Below are positions 8,922 to 17,418 of a stretch of DNA of 64,000 nt, piece by piece (the first letter of the stretch is position 1; each line of letters opens with the position of its first letter). The notes below the pieces were generated by a model. The model searched no databases and was not told where the DNA came from. It was given only the letters and a program-made list of their open reading frames with translations. The position numbers and the translations under genes are program-made. Origin of the DNA: Thermoanaerobaculia bacterium (GTDB taxonomy: Bacteria; Acidobacteriota; Thermoanaerobaculia; Gp7-AA8); the NCBI GenBank assembly GCA_017883265.1, contig JADGNX010000001.1:67361-131360 (forward strand), written 5' to 3'.

Positions 8922-10580
8922 ATGCGCTGCCGCGTGTGGATCCTTCTGCTGGCGGCGGTTGCCGAGGTGACCATGGCTTCTGAGTTTCCTCCTCATGTCG
9001 CGGCCGGCCAGCCTTTGACGGCCGCCGAGCGGAGCGGCTATCTCTCAACCTCGAGGTATGACGAGGTCATCGCCTTCATTCATGACCTTCAGACGATTGA
9101 CGCCGGCATTCGCGTCGAGAATTTCGGGACTACTGCCGAGGGACGGTCACTGCCGCTGGTGATCTGCGGACGGCGCGGCGTGGTCGATCCGGGGACGGCA
9201 CGCGCGACGAAGCTTCCAGTCGTTTTCATCATGGCCAATATTCACGCCGGCGAGGTCGAAGGAAAGGAAGCGGCGCTCATGCTGCTGCGCGACCTCGTGA
9301 CGACACATCGGAAAGTGCGCGATTCGATGACGCTGATCGTAGCCCCGATCTACAACGCCGACGGAAACGAGCCGATCTCGACCTCTCATCGAACGACGCA
9401 GAACGGTCCTTTGAATGGAGTGGGTCAGCGGGAAAATGCCGCGCATCTGGATCTGAACCGCGATTTCATGAAGCTCGAATCGCCGGAGGCCCGCGGACTC
9501 GTAGGGAACATTCTTCAGCGCTGGGACCCGCTCGTGACAATCGACCTCCACACCACGAACGGCTCGTACCACGGTTACGCCCTGACCTATAGCCCACCGC
9601 TCAATCCCGATACCCCCGCCGAGATCATCGACTTCGAGCGCGACACGCTTCTGCCGTCGATTCAGAAACAGATGGAGCAGGACTACAGGCAGAAGACGTA
9701 TTACTACGGAAATTTCGTCGACCAGCTCGAGCCGGAGAAGGGCTGGTACACCTTCGATTCACGGCCTCGCTTCGGCAACAACTACATCGGTCTCCGAAAC
9801 CGTTTCGCCATCCTTTCGGAAGCCTACAGCTATATCGACTTCCAAAGCCGGATCCGCGTGACGTATCAGTTCCTGCACTCCATTCTCGAAAGCGTGGACA
9901 AGAACAGCCGGAAGATGGCTCGCATCGCCGCGGCAGCGGACGAGCGGCTCCGCAGGGGCAAGGTGCGCTCCCTGGGCGTGCGCTTCGAGATCCGTCCCTG
10001 GAAGGAGAAGGTCGAGATCCTCTGGGAGAGATCGGTGGAGGCGCCAGCCGGTGAGGGAGCGCCTGATCCCGAGACGGGTCATGGCATGATCAAACGCAGC
10101 GGCGAGATCGTGCCCACCCGGATGACGGATTACGGGGTCTTCTCGGCGGTCGAGAAGAGCGCCCTGCCGTATGCCTACCTCATCGATGGGCGTGCGTCTG
10201 CGGCGGTGGCAACCTTGTTGCGGCACGGCATTGTGGTGGAGCGGCTGAGGATTCCCACCACCGTCAAGGTAGAGTCCTTCATCATCGGCGAGGTTCGTGA
10301 GAGTGAGAAGAGCTTTCAAGGACATCTCGAGAAAACGCTCAGCGGGAAGTGGAAGAGTCGGACGGAGGAAATCGAGCCCGGGACGTACCTCGTCCGGATG
10401 GATCAATCGCTGGGACGAGTGGCATTCTATCTGCTCGATCCACGGAGCGACGACGGTCTCTTCAACTGGAACTACTTCGACGCACTGCTCGAAGCAGGAG
10501 AGGCGGCGCCGGTGCGGCGGGTGCGTTCCCTGACGCCTCTTGTGGGGATCATCGTGGAGCGCGCGGTGTCCGAGCCCTGA
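8922..10580 (+). CDS. Secreted M14-family zinc carboxypeptidase.
   Basis: Signal peptide MRCRVWILLLAAVAEVTMA follows the ATG at 8922. M14 motifs are present: HAGE (IMANIHAGEVEGKE), NADGNE and DLHT. Confidence 0.7.
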   Translation: MRCRVWILLLAAVAEVTMASEFPPHVAAGQPLTAAERSGYLSTSRYDEVIAFIHDLQTIDAGIRVENFGTTAEGRSLPLVICGRRGVVDPGTARATKLPVVFIMANIHAGEVEGKEAALMLLRDLVTTHRKVRDSMTLIVAPIYNADGNEPISTSHRTTQNGPLNGVGQRENAAHLDLNRDFMKLESPEARGLVGNILQRWDPLVTIDLHTTNGSYHGYALTYSPPLNPDTPAEIIDFERDTLLPSIQKQMEQDYRQKTYYYGNFVDQLEPEKGWYTFDSRPRFGNNYIGLRNRFAILSEAYSYIDFQSRIRVTYQFLHSILESVDKNSRKMARIAAAADERLRRGKVRSLGVRFEIRPWKEKVEILWERSVEAPAGEGAPDPETGHGMIKRSGEIVPTRMTDYGVFSAVEKSALPYAYLIDGRASAAVATLLRHGIVVERLRIPTTVKVESFIIGEVRESEKSFQGHLEKTLSGKWKSRTEEIEPGTYLVRMDQSLGRVAFYLLDPRSDDGLFNWNYFDALLEAGEAAPVRRVRSLTPLVGIIVERAVSEP

Positions 10581-10652
10581 ATGGCTCGCGAAGCACGGGC
10601 GTGACGGTCCGGGGACATGTCGACAGAAGCGGCAAGGATAAGGAGAGTCTCG

Positions 10653-11582
10653 TTGAAACATAAGGATTTCGTGTCGATCCACGATTACAGCGCGCAGGAG
10701 ATCGCTGAGATCTTCGCCCTGGCGAAAGAGATGAAGGCCGACCGCAACAAATTCTCGAATGCTTTGCGTGGGAAGACTCTCGGGATGATCTTCGAGAAGT
10801 CGTCGACGAGAACGCGCGTCTCGTTCGAGGTCGGCATGTTTCAAATGGGGGGACACGCACTCTTTCTCTCGTCGAGAGACATCCAGCTGGGCCGAGGGGA
10901 GACGATCTACGACTCAGCAAAGGTCCTCTCACGCTATCTCGACGGAATCATGGCCCGGACGTTCGCCCACAAGACGGTCACGGAGCTGGCCGAATACGCT
11001 TCGATCCCGATCATCAATGGTCTGACCGACCTGCTGCATCCCTGTCAGGCCATGACCGATTACTTCACAGCGTTCGAGAAATTCGGCGACCTGCGTGGGA
11101 GGAAGCTTGCGTACGTAGGGGATGGTAACAACATGGCTCATTCTCTGATGTATGGGGCGCCGAAGGTCGGTATGGACATCGCCGTAGCCACGCCCGCCGG
11201 TTACGGCCCCGACCTCGAGGTCCTGGCCAGGGCCGAAGAGGATGCAAGGTCCGCCGGCACGCGCCTCATCGTGACCCGGTCGATCGACGAGGCCGTTAAG
11301 GATGCCGACGTCGTCGAGACCGATGTCTGGACTTCCATGGGACAGGAAGCCGAGACGGCGAAACGGGAGAAGGATTTCAGCGGCTGGCAGGTCGACAAGC
11401 GCCTCATGTCCCTGGCCCGCAACGATGCTGTCTTCATGCATTGTCTTCCAGCGCATCGCGGCGAAGAAGTGTCGGCGGAGGTGATCGATTCTCCGCAGTC
11501 GGTGATTTACGACGAGGCGGAGAACCGTCTTCACGTGCAGAAGGCGATCATGCATACGCTCATGGCCGGGCGCGGCCGCTGA
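10653..11582 (+). CDS. argF: Ornithine carbamoyltransferase.
   Basis: STRTR carbamoyl-phosphate motif, HPCQ and HCLP motifs. The TTG at 10653 is preceded by TAAGGAGAG (SD) at 7-nt spacing. The track ORF ATG at 10617 has no SD. Confidence 0.85.
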   Translation: MKHKDFVSIHDYSAQEIAEIFALAKEMKADRNKFSNALRGKTLGMIFEKSSTRTRVSFEVGMFQMGGHALFLSSRDIQLGRGETIYDSAKVLSRYLDGIMARTFAHKTVTELAEYASIPIINGLTDLLHPCQAMTDYFTAFEKFGDLRGRKLAYVGDGNNMAHSLMYGAPKVGMDIAVATPAGYGPDLEVLARAEEDARSAGTRLIVTRSIDEAVKDADVVETDVWTSMGQEAETAKREKDFSGWQVDKRLMSLARNDAVFMHCLPAHRGEEVSAEVIDSPQSVIYDEAENRLHVQKAIMHTLMAGRGR

Positions 11583-11585
11583 CCG

Positions 11586-12656
11586 ATGGCCGACACTCCT
11601 GACCAGCGACGCGGCGATCGCGTTCAGTTAAGAAAGCCGTCGCACACGACTGGCCTGATCATCATCATCGTTCTGGCGCTGGTGTTCTTCGGGATCGTCG
11701 CGCTCATCGTCGTAGCCGGCGGACGGAAAAACCAGCAGACCGCCTCCGGCAGCGAGACTCTGAGCGTGCTGCCTGTGCGGATTCGGTTGCGCACGGAGCC
11801 GAAGGCCTCCGCGGCCGTCGTCGCGACCGCCGATGAGGGGGAGGCGCTTACACTTCTCGAAGACCGCGGAAGCTGGGTGCGGGTTTCGAATCACGACGGA
11901 CTGTCGGGTTGGGCGGAGCGAACCGGACTCGAGCGCACCGCCGAGCGCGAGCGGCGTCTGGCGCGCTACGTAGCGATCCGCAAGCTCCCGCCGCTCGAGG
12001 GGACCGTTTCGGATCGGACACCGGTTTATGCCGGACCAGGCATCTTCTATCCCGTGGTCGGAGAGCTCTCTGCGCAGGCCCACGTGAAGGTCTATACGCG
12101 CGATCACGACTTCTACGCCGTCGAGACCGGCTCCGCTGTCGCGTACGCCGATGTCGACGCGGTCGATGTCAGCGCGTCCGGTTCGCGGCAGCTGGAGGTG
12201 CGCAGTGGCGAAGGAGTGAGCGTCCCTACGGATACCACCGGAGCGGCGCAGGCCACCCCGGCGCAACCCGCAGAGACCGTGGCCAACATGCCGCCTCCAC
12301 CTCCGCCCGAGGAGTCGCCTCGGACGCAGACGCTGGCCTCGGCCACCCCCGATCGAACGGGCGTTTACGCCGCCGTGCCGTCCGATGGAACACAGCCGGT
12401 AGAGATCGATCGCGCCATTCCGATCTATCCAACCATGGCGCGCCGGGTGGGAGCGGGGGGCTCGGCGGTGATCCGCGGCATCGTCCGGCGTGATGGCGCG
12501 ATCGATGAGGTCGAGATCGTCAAGGATCTTCCGTACGGCATGGGGGAGGCTGCGCGCGACGCGGTCCGACGCTGGCGTTTTCGTCCGGCCACCTATCGCG
12601 GCGAGCCGATCGATGTGTACTACACCGTAACAGTCAATTTCAGGCTGACGCCATAA
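11586..12656 (+). CDS. TonB-family energy transducer: N-terminal TM anchor, two SH3b-like domains, a Pro-rich linker and a C-terminal TonB_C domain.
   Basis: TM segment GLIIIIVLALVFFGIVALIVVAGG. PPPPPPEESP linker. C-terminal IYPTMARRVGAGGSAVIRGIVRRDGAIDEVEIVKD…YRGEPIDVYYTVTVNFRL matches TonB_C. Confidence 0.7.
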   Translation: MADTPDQRRGDRVQLRKPSHTTGLIIIIVLALVFFGIVALIVVAGGRKNQQTASGSETLSVLPVRIRLRTEPKASAAVVATADEGEALTLLEDRGSWVRVSNHDGLSGWAERTGLERTAERERRLARYVAIRKLPPLEGTVSDRTPVYAGPGIFYPVVGELSAQAHVKVYTRDHDFYAVETGSAVAYADVDAVDVSASGSRQLEVRSGEGVSVPTDTTGAAQATPAQPAETVANMPPPPPPEESPRTQTLASATPDRTGVYAAVPSDGTQPVEIDRAIPIYPTMARRVGAGGSAVIRGIVRRDGAIDEVEIVKDLPYGMGEAARDAVRRWRFRPATYRGEPIDVYYTVTVNFRLTP

Positions 12657-12661
12657 GGGAT

Positions 12662-13039
12662 ATGAGATACCGCAGCTGCCTGACGATACTCCTGCTGGTC
12701 GCGTGTCACGAAGGCTCGGGACCCGCGCCGTCATCGACCGGCTCGCGGGACGTTGTGAAACAGACGGTGTCCGAGCTCCGACATAGTCCCCGCCTCCGCA
12801 TTCAGATCAGGCTGCCGGATGCCGCGGCGGCATCGGCCGGCGATCTGAAGCTGCGCCGGGCGATAGAGGAAAAGATCGAGCACGATCGGGTCGGCACGAT
12901 TGTCGAGGAGAGCACAGGATTCGGCTACATAGACTTCACGGTCGAGGCGGAGAATAGTGTCATCGCCATCCCGAAGCTCAAGGCCATCATTCGCGAAGCG
13001 GGCTTAGCGGATCGGACTGCAGTGGAGGTCAAACAGTAG
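12662..13039 (+). CDS. Small hypothetical lipoprotein.
   Basis: 125 aa. Lipobox LLLVAC at the N-terminus. No recognisable domain. Confidence 0.5.
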   Translation: MRYRSCLTILLLVACHEGSGPAPSSTGSRDVVKQTVSELRHSPRLRIQIRLPDAAAASAGDLKLRRAIEEKIEHDRVGTIVEESTGFGYIDFTVEAENSVIAIPKLKAIIREAGLADRTAVEVKQ

Positions 13040-13045
13040 CGAAGC

Positions 13046-13085
13046 TTCCACCCCACCACATGAGTGGCTGCTGCTCCACTCCCCG
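13046..13085 (-). repeat. Degenerate copy of the family-1 intergenic palindromic element. The terminal boxes are conserved and the central hairpin is replaced.
   Basis: Reverse-complemented it reads GGGGAGTGGAGCAGCAGCCACTCATGTGGTGGGGTGGAAG. It shares the GTGGAGC… and …GGGGTGG ends with the copies at 17366, 29720 and 36093. Confidence 0.3.
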
Positions 13086-13098
13086 ATTTTGTCGGGAC

Positions 13099-14055
13099 TC
13101 AGCTCGCGACCGGTCGCCAGGTGAGGAACCACGGCTCGCGCTTCCCGAACTTGGTGGCCAGGGCGCTGCCGACGCCGAAGAGCGATGCCGCCATCCATGC
13201 CACGTTTCCGATGACCGGAACGAGCCGCAACAGGCCGAGGAGCAACAGGCCGATGAGAACCATCGCCAGATCACCACGCAGAAGACTTCGCCGGTCGAAC
13301 GGCACCCGCTCGCGTGGGCGCGTAACCATCGTTCCAATGGAGTGGAAGACAGCGACCATTCCATAAACCTTGGTCATGACGGCAAAGATCGCCAGACCAG
13401 CGAGGAGCGGAATCCCGATCAGGTAGGGAACGAGGTAGCTCAAGGCGATTGCGGTGACGACGAAACTGAGATACGCGGTCAGCCCGAGAGCGAAGGTGTG
13501 AAAGGGGCTGAAGCGGAGCTCACCGGACGAAGCGCGAATCTCGCGGCCGCTCAAAAGGGTCAGGAGCAGAGCGACGATCATCCAGATGAAAAGGATCGAT
13601 AACTTGAAGGCCAGTGCAATGGGCGAGAAGGGGTGCGTTCCTGCTCCGATGAAACCCGAAGATTCCGCCATGGCTCCGAGAGCGGCCGTGCTGGATCCGG
13701 GAACATACACATGCCCGCTGACATTGCCTGGGTCGCCCCGAAAACGACCACCGAGGCAGATGACATCTCCCTCGATGCGACCGCCTGCTTCCAGCGCTGC
13801 CACGCCCAGAAGGACATAGAGGTTTCCGTGAATCACGCCACGGACCCGGACAGATCCGCCGATGATCTGGAGATCACCGTCGACCTCGTGTTCAATCGTC
13901 GCGTTGCGATCGAACAGATACTCCGACTGCCGTTGTGAGGCTCTCCGGCCGTCGCTTTCCCCGCCGATCGCACCTCCGGGGAAAACGACGAGCGCCGTCA
14001 CCAGGACGGCGACCAGGGCAACGGAGTTGGCGACGATCCTACCGAATCGTGACAT
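13099..14055 (-). CDS. Polytopic membrane protein with a bactofilin/DUF4097-like beta-helical repeat segment. Third gene of the ECF sigma / anti-sigma operon.
   Basis: The start was chosen at MSRFGRIVANSVALVAVLV, the first TM. The repeat region is DGDLQIIGGSVRVRGVIHGNLYVLLGVAALEAGGRIEGDVICLGGRFRGD. Four to five C-terminal TM helices follow. It overlaps the anti-sigma stop by 17 nt. Confidence 0.55.
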   Translation of the reverse strand: MSRFGRIVANSVALVAVLVTALVVFPGGAIGGESDGRRASQRQSEYLFDRNATIEHEVDGDLQIIGGSVRVRGVIHGNLYVLLGVAALEAGGRIEGDVICLGGRFRGDPGNVSGHVYVPGSSTAALGAMAESSGFIGAGTHPFSPIALAFKLSILFIWMIVALLLTLLSGREIRASSGELRFSPFHTFALGLTAYLSFVVTAIALSYLVPYLIGIPLLAGLAIFAVMTKVYGMVAVFHSIGTMVTRPRERVPFDRRSLLRGDLAMVLIGLLLLGLLRLVPVIGNVAWMAASLFGVGSALATKFGKREPWFLTWRPVAS

Positions 14056-14533
14056 CGACACCTTTTGGAGCTCTGCGCAGGAGGAGGTAAAAAAGGAGAT
14101 TGACCAGCAGGAACGAGCCGCCAACGAGGAAATGGAATGCCAGCGGCGCGTGCTGCAGGCCTGATCCGACATGGCGGATGGCTGCGATCAAGGTGTCGAG
14201 CGGAAGCAGATTGCCGGTTACGACATTGCGAAACCCGCTGGCCGGCGAAACCCCCGCCGACACGTAGAGCAGCACGGCGGCGCCGAACAGCGCAGCCAAA
14301 ACGAAGAAGATGAGAGGCCAGGATCGGTGACGGGCTCCTTCCCACGGGGCGAGGGGAAGGGCTTCGGCAGTGAAAGATGCCAGGGACGGCTCGGTGATCG
14401 CCCCCTCGAGGAGTGCGCGGTCGATTTTGTCGAGCTCGAGGACGAGCTCCCGGCAGCTGTCGCAGGAGCGCAGATGTTCCTCGTGCGCCGTGGGGTCATC
14501 AAGAAAATCGTCGCAGGCAGTTGGTTTGATCAT
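14039..14533 (-). CDS. Anti-sigma factor, zf-HC2 type, single TM.
   Basis: N-terminal H-x3-C-x2-C (HEEHLRSCDSCREL). TM at WPLIFFVLAALFGAAVLLYV. ATGA overlap with the upstream sigma-factor stop. Confidence 0.65.
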   Translation of the reverse strand: MIKPTACDDFLDDPTAHEEHLRSCDSCRELVLELDKIDRALLEGAITEPSLASFTAEALPLAPWEGARHRSWPLIFFVLAALFGAAVLLYVSAGVSPASGFRNVVTGNLLPLDTLIAAIRHVGSGLQHAPLAFHFLVGGSFLLVNLLFYLLLRRAPKGVDVTIR

Positions 14534-15138
14534 GGCTCGATGAAAGAATTGAGAACGCCCTTCAGCAGATTCCGTGCACGAAATAGCTTGTTCTTGACCG
14601 TTCCCAGAGGCAGCTTCTTCATCTCGGCTATCTCTTCGTAGGAGAGCTCGGCGAAATGACGAAGCTGGATCAGCTCGCGGTAATCCTGCGGAAGCTCAGC
14701 GACGGCCTTTTCGATGGCCGCGTTCAGCTCCTTATTCTTGAGGGCTCGATATGGCGAGATCCCGCCGTCGGCGAACTCGCGTTCCCGGCCGCCTCCCTGC
14801 TCATCGTCCGATGGCCGCGTCAGCGGAACCTCGATGAGCGATTTTTTCCGAAGCATGTCGATCGCGCTGTTCTGCGCGATGCGGAAGAGCCATGTTGAGA
14901 ACTGGTACTTCGGGTCGTAGCGATCGAGCGCGAGATACACCTTGACGAAAATCTCCTGCGTCAGATCGTGTGCATCTTCGTAGCGATGCGTGATGCGGTA
15001 GACGTAGTTGACCACGCGCTTTTCATAGCGCTTGACCAGATCCGAAAAGCCGTCGCGCTCGCCACCGAGGATACGTGCCACCAGGGCACGGTCATCGGGT
15101 ATCTGACGTTCTGCCTTCTTTTCTACGGGGAGTGCCAT
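14530..15138 (-). CDS. RNA polymerase ECF-type sigma-70 factor.
   Basis: Region 2 (DLTQEIFVKVYLALDRYDPKYQFSTWLFRIAQN) and region 4 (LSYEEIAEMKKLPLGTVKNKLFRAR). Start taken at MALPVEKK (15138). Confidence 0.8.
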   Translation of the reverse strand: MALPVEKKAERQIPDDRALVARILGGERDGFSDLVKRYEKRVVNYVYRITHRYEDAHDLTQEIFVKVYLALDRYDPKYQFSTWLFRIAQNSAIDMLRKKSLIEVPLTRPSDDEQGGGREREFADGGISPYRALKNKELNAAIEKAVAELPQDYRELIQLRHFAELSYEEIAEMKKLPLGTVKNKLFRARNLLKGVLNSFIEP

Positions 15139-15278
15139 CGAAAGTTTTCGCGAGATGATAACAGTAGCCATTGCAGATACTTCGCCGCCCTGCTCCGCCG
15201 CTCGCGAATCGCATCGGAGGCCTTTCCAGCCGCCGGTTGCCAGAGCAGCTCCCAGCCGTCAGACTGCACACGTCCTCG

Positions 15279-16022
15279 ATGATCGCCATCGACCATCTCA
15301 CGAAACGCTATGGATCGTTCACCGCCGTGGACGATATCTCGCTCGACGTTGCCGAGGGAGAGATCTATGGCTTCCTGGGGCCCAACGGAGCGGGGAAAAC
15401 AACGACGATTCGCATCCTGGCCGGTTTATCACTGCCGACCAGCGGCTCTGTGCGGGTGGCTGGAAAAGACATCCGGACCGACAGTCTGGCCATCAAGGCC
15501 CTGACGGGCTACATTCCTGACCGGCCATATCTTTACGAGAAGCTTACGGCCGTGGAACTGCTCCAGTTCGTAGCAAATCTCTACGGGCGGGAGTGGAAGG
15601 AGTGCTCCGCGACCGCCGAGGAGATGCTGCACTACTTCGATCTCCAGGACTGGCGGAACACGCGGATCGAGAACTTCTCGCACGGGATGAAGCAGAAGCT
15701 GGTCATCATCTCGGCACTCATCCATGATCCTCGGCTGTTGATCATCGACGAGCCGATGGTTGGCCTCGACGCCCTGGCGCAGCGTCAGGTGAAGCAACTG
15801 CTGCGGCGTCTGACCGGTGACGGAAAGAGCGTCTTTCTTACGACGCATACTCTTTCGGTGGCAGAGGCTGTCTGCGACCGCATGGCCATCATCCATCACG
15901 GAAAGATCATCGCTTCCGGCACCGTCGACGCTCTGAAGGAGAGTGCCGGCCGGCCAGGCACTCCGCTGGAGGACGTGTTTCTCCAGTTGACCTATGACGA
16001 CAACATCCAACAGCCCGATTGA
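15279..16022 (+). CDS. ABC transporter ATP-binding protein (ABC-2 type). No permease gene is adjacent.
   Basis: Walker A GPNGAGKTT, ABC signature FSHGMKQKL, Walker B LLIIDEP. Start at MIAIDHLTKRYG (15279). The track ORF extends upstream to 15171. Confidence 0.85.
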   Translation: MIAIDHLTKRYGSFTAVDDISLDVAEGEIYGFLGPNGAGKTTTIRILAGLSLPTSGSVRVAGKDIRTDSLAIKALTGYIPDRPYLYEKLTAVELLQFVANLYGREWKECSATAEEMLHYFDLQDWRNTRIENFSHGMKQKLVIISALIHDPRLLIIDEPMVGLDALAQRQVKQLLRRLTGDGKSVFLTTHTLSVAEAVCDRMAIIHHGKIIASGTVDALKESAGRPGTPLEDVFLQLTYDDNIQQPD

Positions 16023-16845
16023 GTCCCTGGGAGGATTGCGGGCCCGGCTTCGCGAGCGCCTCCTGGCCGCGGAAAGGAACCCGCGGGACGCCGATTCTCT
16101 TCTCTGCCATGCGCTCGGCCGAAGTCTGACATGGCTCATCTCACACTCCGACGACGCGGTCGATCCGTCCATCGCCGGCCAAGCTGGTCAGATGGTCGAT
16201 CGAAGACTGGCCGCAGAACCGCTGCAGTACATCCGTGGCTACACCGAGTTCTTCGGACGCCGATTCGCTGTCGATTCGCGCGTGTTGATTCCCCGGCCGG
16301 AGACGGAGATCCTGGTCGAGGCGGTAATCAAGCGGCTGAGCGCCGGCGCTCGCGTCCTGGACATCGGAACCGGAAGCGGCTGCATCGCCATCTCCGTCGA
16401 GCGTGAGATGCCCCGGGTCAGGGTGATCGCAACGGATCGTTCCATCGCAGCTCTGGCGCTGGCAAGATCCAACGGGGACGAGCTCTCGTCCCGCGCTTCA
16501 TTCGTGGCCGCGGATTTCGTAGCGCCGTTTCGAGGCCTTTTTGACCTCATCGTTTCCAACCCTCCCTACATCCCGGCCGACGTTGTCGAAGGATTGGCTG
16601 CGGAGGTTCGGTGTCACGAGCCCCGTGGCGCACTGACTCCTGGTCTCCTCGGGACGGAGGCATTCGAAGCCTTGCTGCGCGAGGGAGCTGATCTTCTTCA
16701 ACCCCAGGGACTCCTCATGCTGGAGATCGGGTTCGATCAAGCGGCCGCGATTCGTAGTCTCGCTTCAGAGAGAGGCTGGGTCGTGGACGAAATGATCCAG
16801 GATCTCGCTGGCATTTCGCGGGTCGTCGTATTATCGCGGCCGTAA
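15994..16845 (+). CDS. prmC: Release-factor glutamine methyltransferase PrmC/HemK.
   Basis: NPPY catalytic motif (IVSNPPYIP) and SAM-binding VLDIGTGSGCIA. The 5' end overlaps the ABC gene by ~29 nt, so the start is uncertain. Confidence 0.8.
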   Translation: MTTTSNSPIESLGGLRARLRERLLAAERNPRDADSLLCHALGRSLTWLISHSDDAVDPSIAGQAGQMVDRRLAAEPLQYIRGYTEFFGRRFAVDSRVLIPRPETEILVEAVIKRLSAGARVLDIGTGSGCIAISVEREMPRVRVIATDRSIAALALARSNGDELSSRASFVAADFVAPFRGLFDLIVSNPPYIPADVVEGLAAEVRCHEPRGALTPGLLGTEAFEALLREGADLLQPQGLLMLEIGFDQAAAIRSLASERGWVVDEMIQDLAGISRVVVLSRP

Positions 16846-16902
16846 CGGTGACGCCGGGATCTTCGACCGGAATACGCCTGTCACACCATAACGGATCGGA
16901 GC

Positions 16903-17268
16903 GTGAGCCTCATGACGAACCCAACAGAGCGGTGTCTCTTCTGTCGCATCGCCAATGGCGACATCAATGCCAGGAAGGTCTACGAAGACGACAAGGTCCT
17001 GGCGTTCGAAGACATCAACCCTCAGTCGCCCACTCATGTTCTGGTCATTCCCCGCCGCCATATTGCGACGCTGGACGATGTTACGGAAGCGGACACCCTG
17101 ATCGTTGGAGAGCTCGTGCGGCGCGCCGCCGCGATCGCGCGCGATCAGCACCTCAACAGCGAAGGCTATCGCCTGGTGGTCAATTGCGGTGAGGCTGCCG
17201 GACAGACTGTGTTTCACATCCACATTCATCTGCTCGGAGGAAGGACGTTCGGATGGCCTCCGGGATGA
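16903..17268 (+). CDS. HIT-family (histidine triad) nucleotide hydrolase.
   Basis: HIHIHLLGG histidine-triad motif. Confidence 0.85.
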   Translation: MSLMTNPTERCLFCRIANGDINARKVYEDDKVLAFEDINPQSPTHVLVIPRRHIATLDDVTEADTLIVGELVRRAAAIARDQHLNSEGYRLVVNCGEAAGQTVFHIHIHLLGGRTFGWPPG

Positions 17269-17365
17269 AGGACACACGGGAAAAGATGTAGGACCGCGTC
17301 CGGCCTGCCTGAAGGCTGGACATTTCCTGGATGAGCGAGAGTGCAGGGGCGCCCGCGCAGGGAAG

Positions 17366-17418
17366 GTGGCCAGCCGGACCCCCACCCCACGGCGGCCGAA
17401 GCGGCCGCCACTCCACTC
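17366..17418 (-). repeat. Family-1 intergenic palindromic (REP-like) element, copy A, reverse orientation.
   Basis: Reverse complement: GTGGAGTGGCGGCCGCTTCGGCCGCCGTGGGGTGGGGGTCCGGCTGGCCAC. It contains the perfect hairpin GGCGGCCG-cttc-GGCCGCC. Its 5' end abuts the TGA stop of the transporter gene. Confidence 0.6.

Noticed and set aside
17366-17418. Family-1 hairpin elements read as bacterial SECIS elements, which would mean UGA read-through and selenoprotein extensions of the preceding genes.
   Set aside because: The downstream in-frame sequence is low-complexity and overlaps convincingly annotated genes (HIT, and the transglutaminase-like gene on the opposite strand). The third copy is 31 nt from its stop. 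The apical loop (CTTC) lacks the G/U features of bSECIS. Retained only as a low-priority check.
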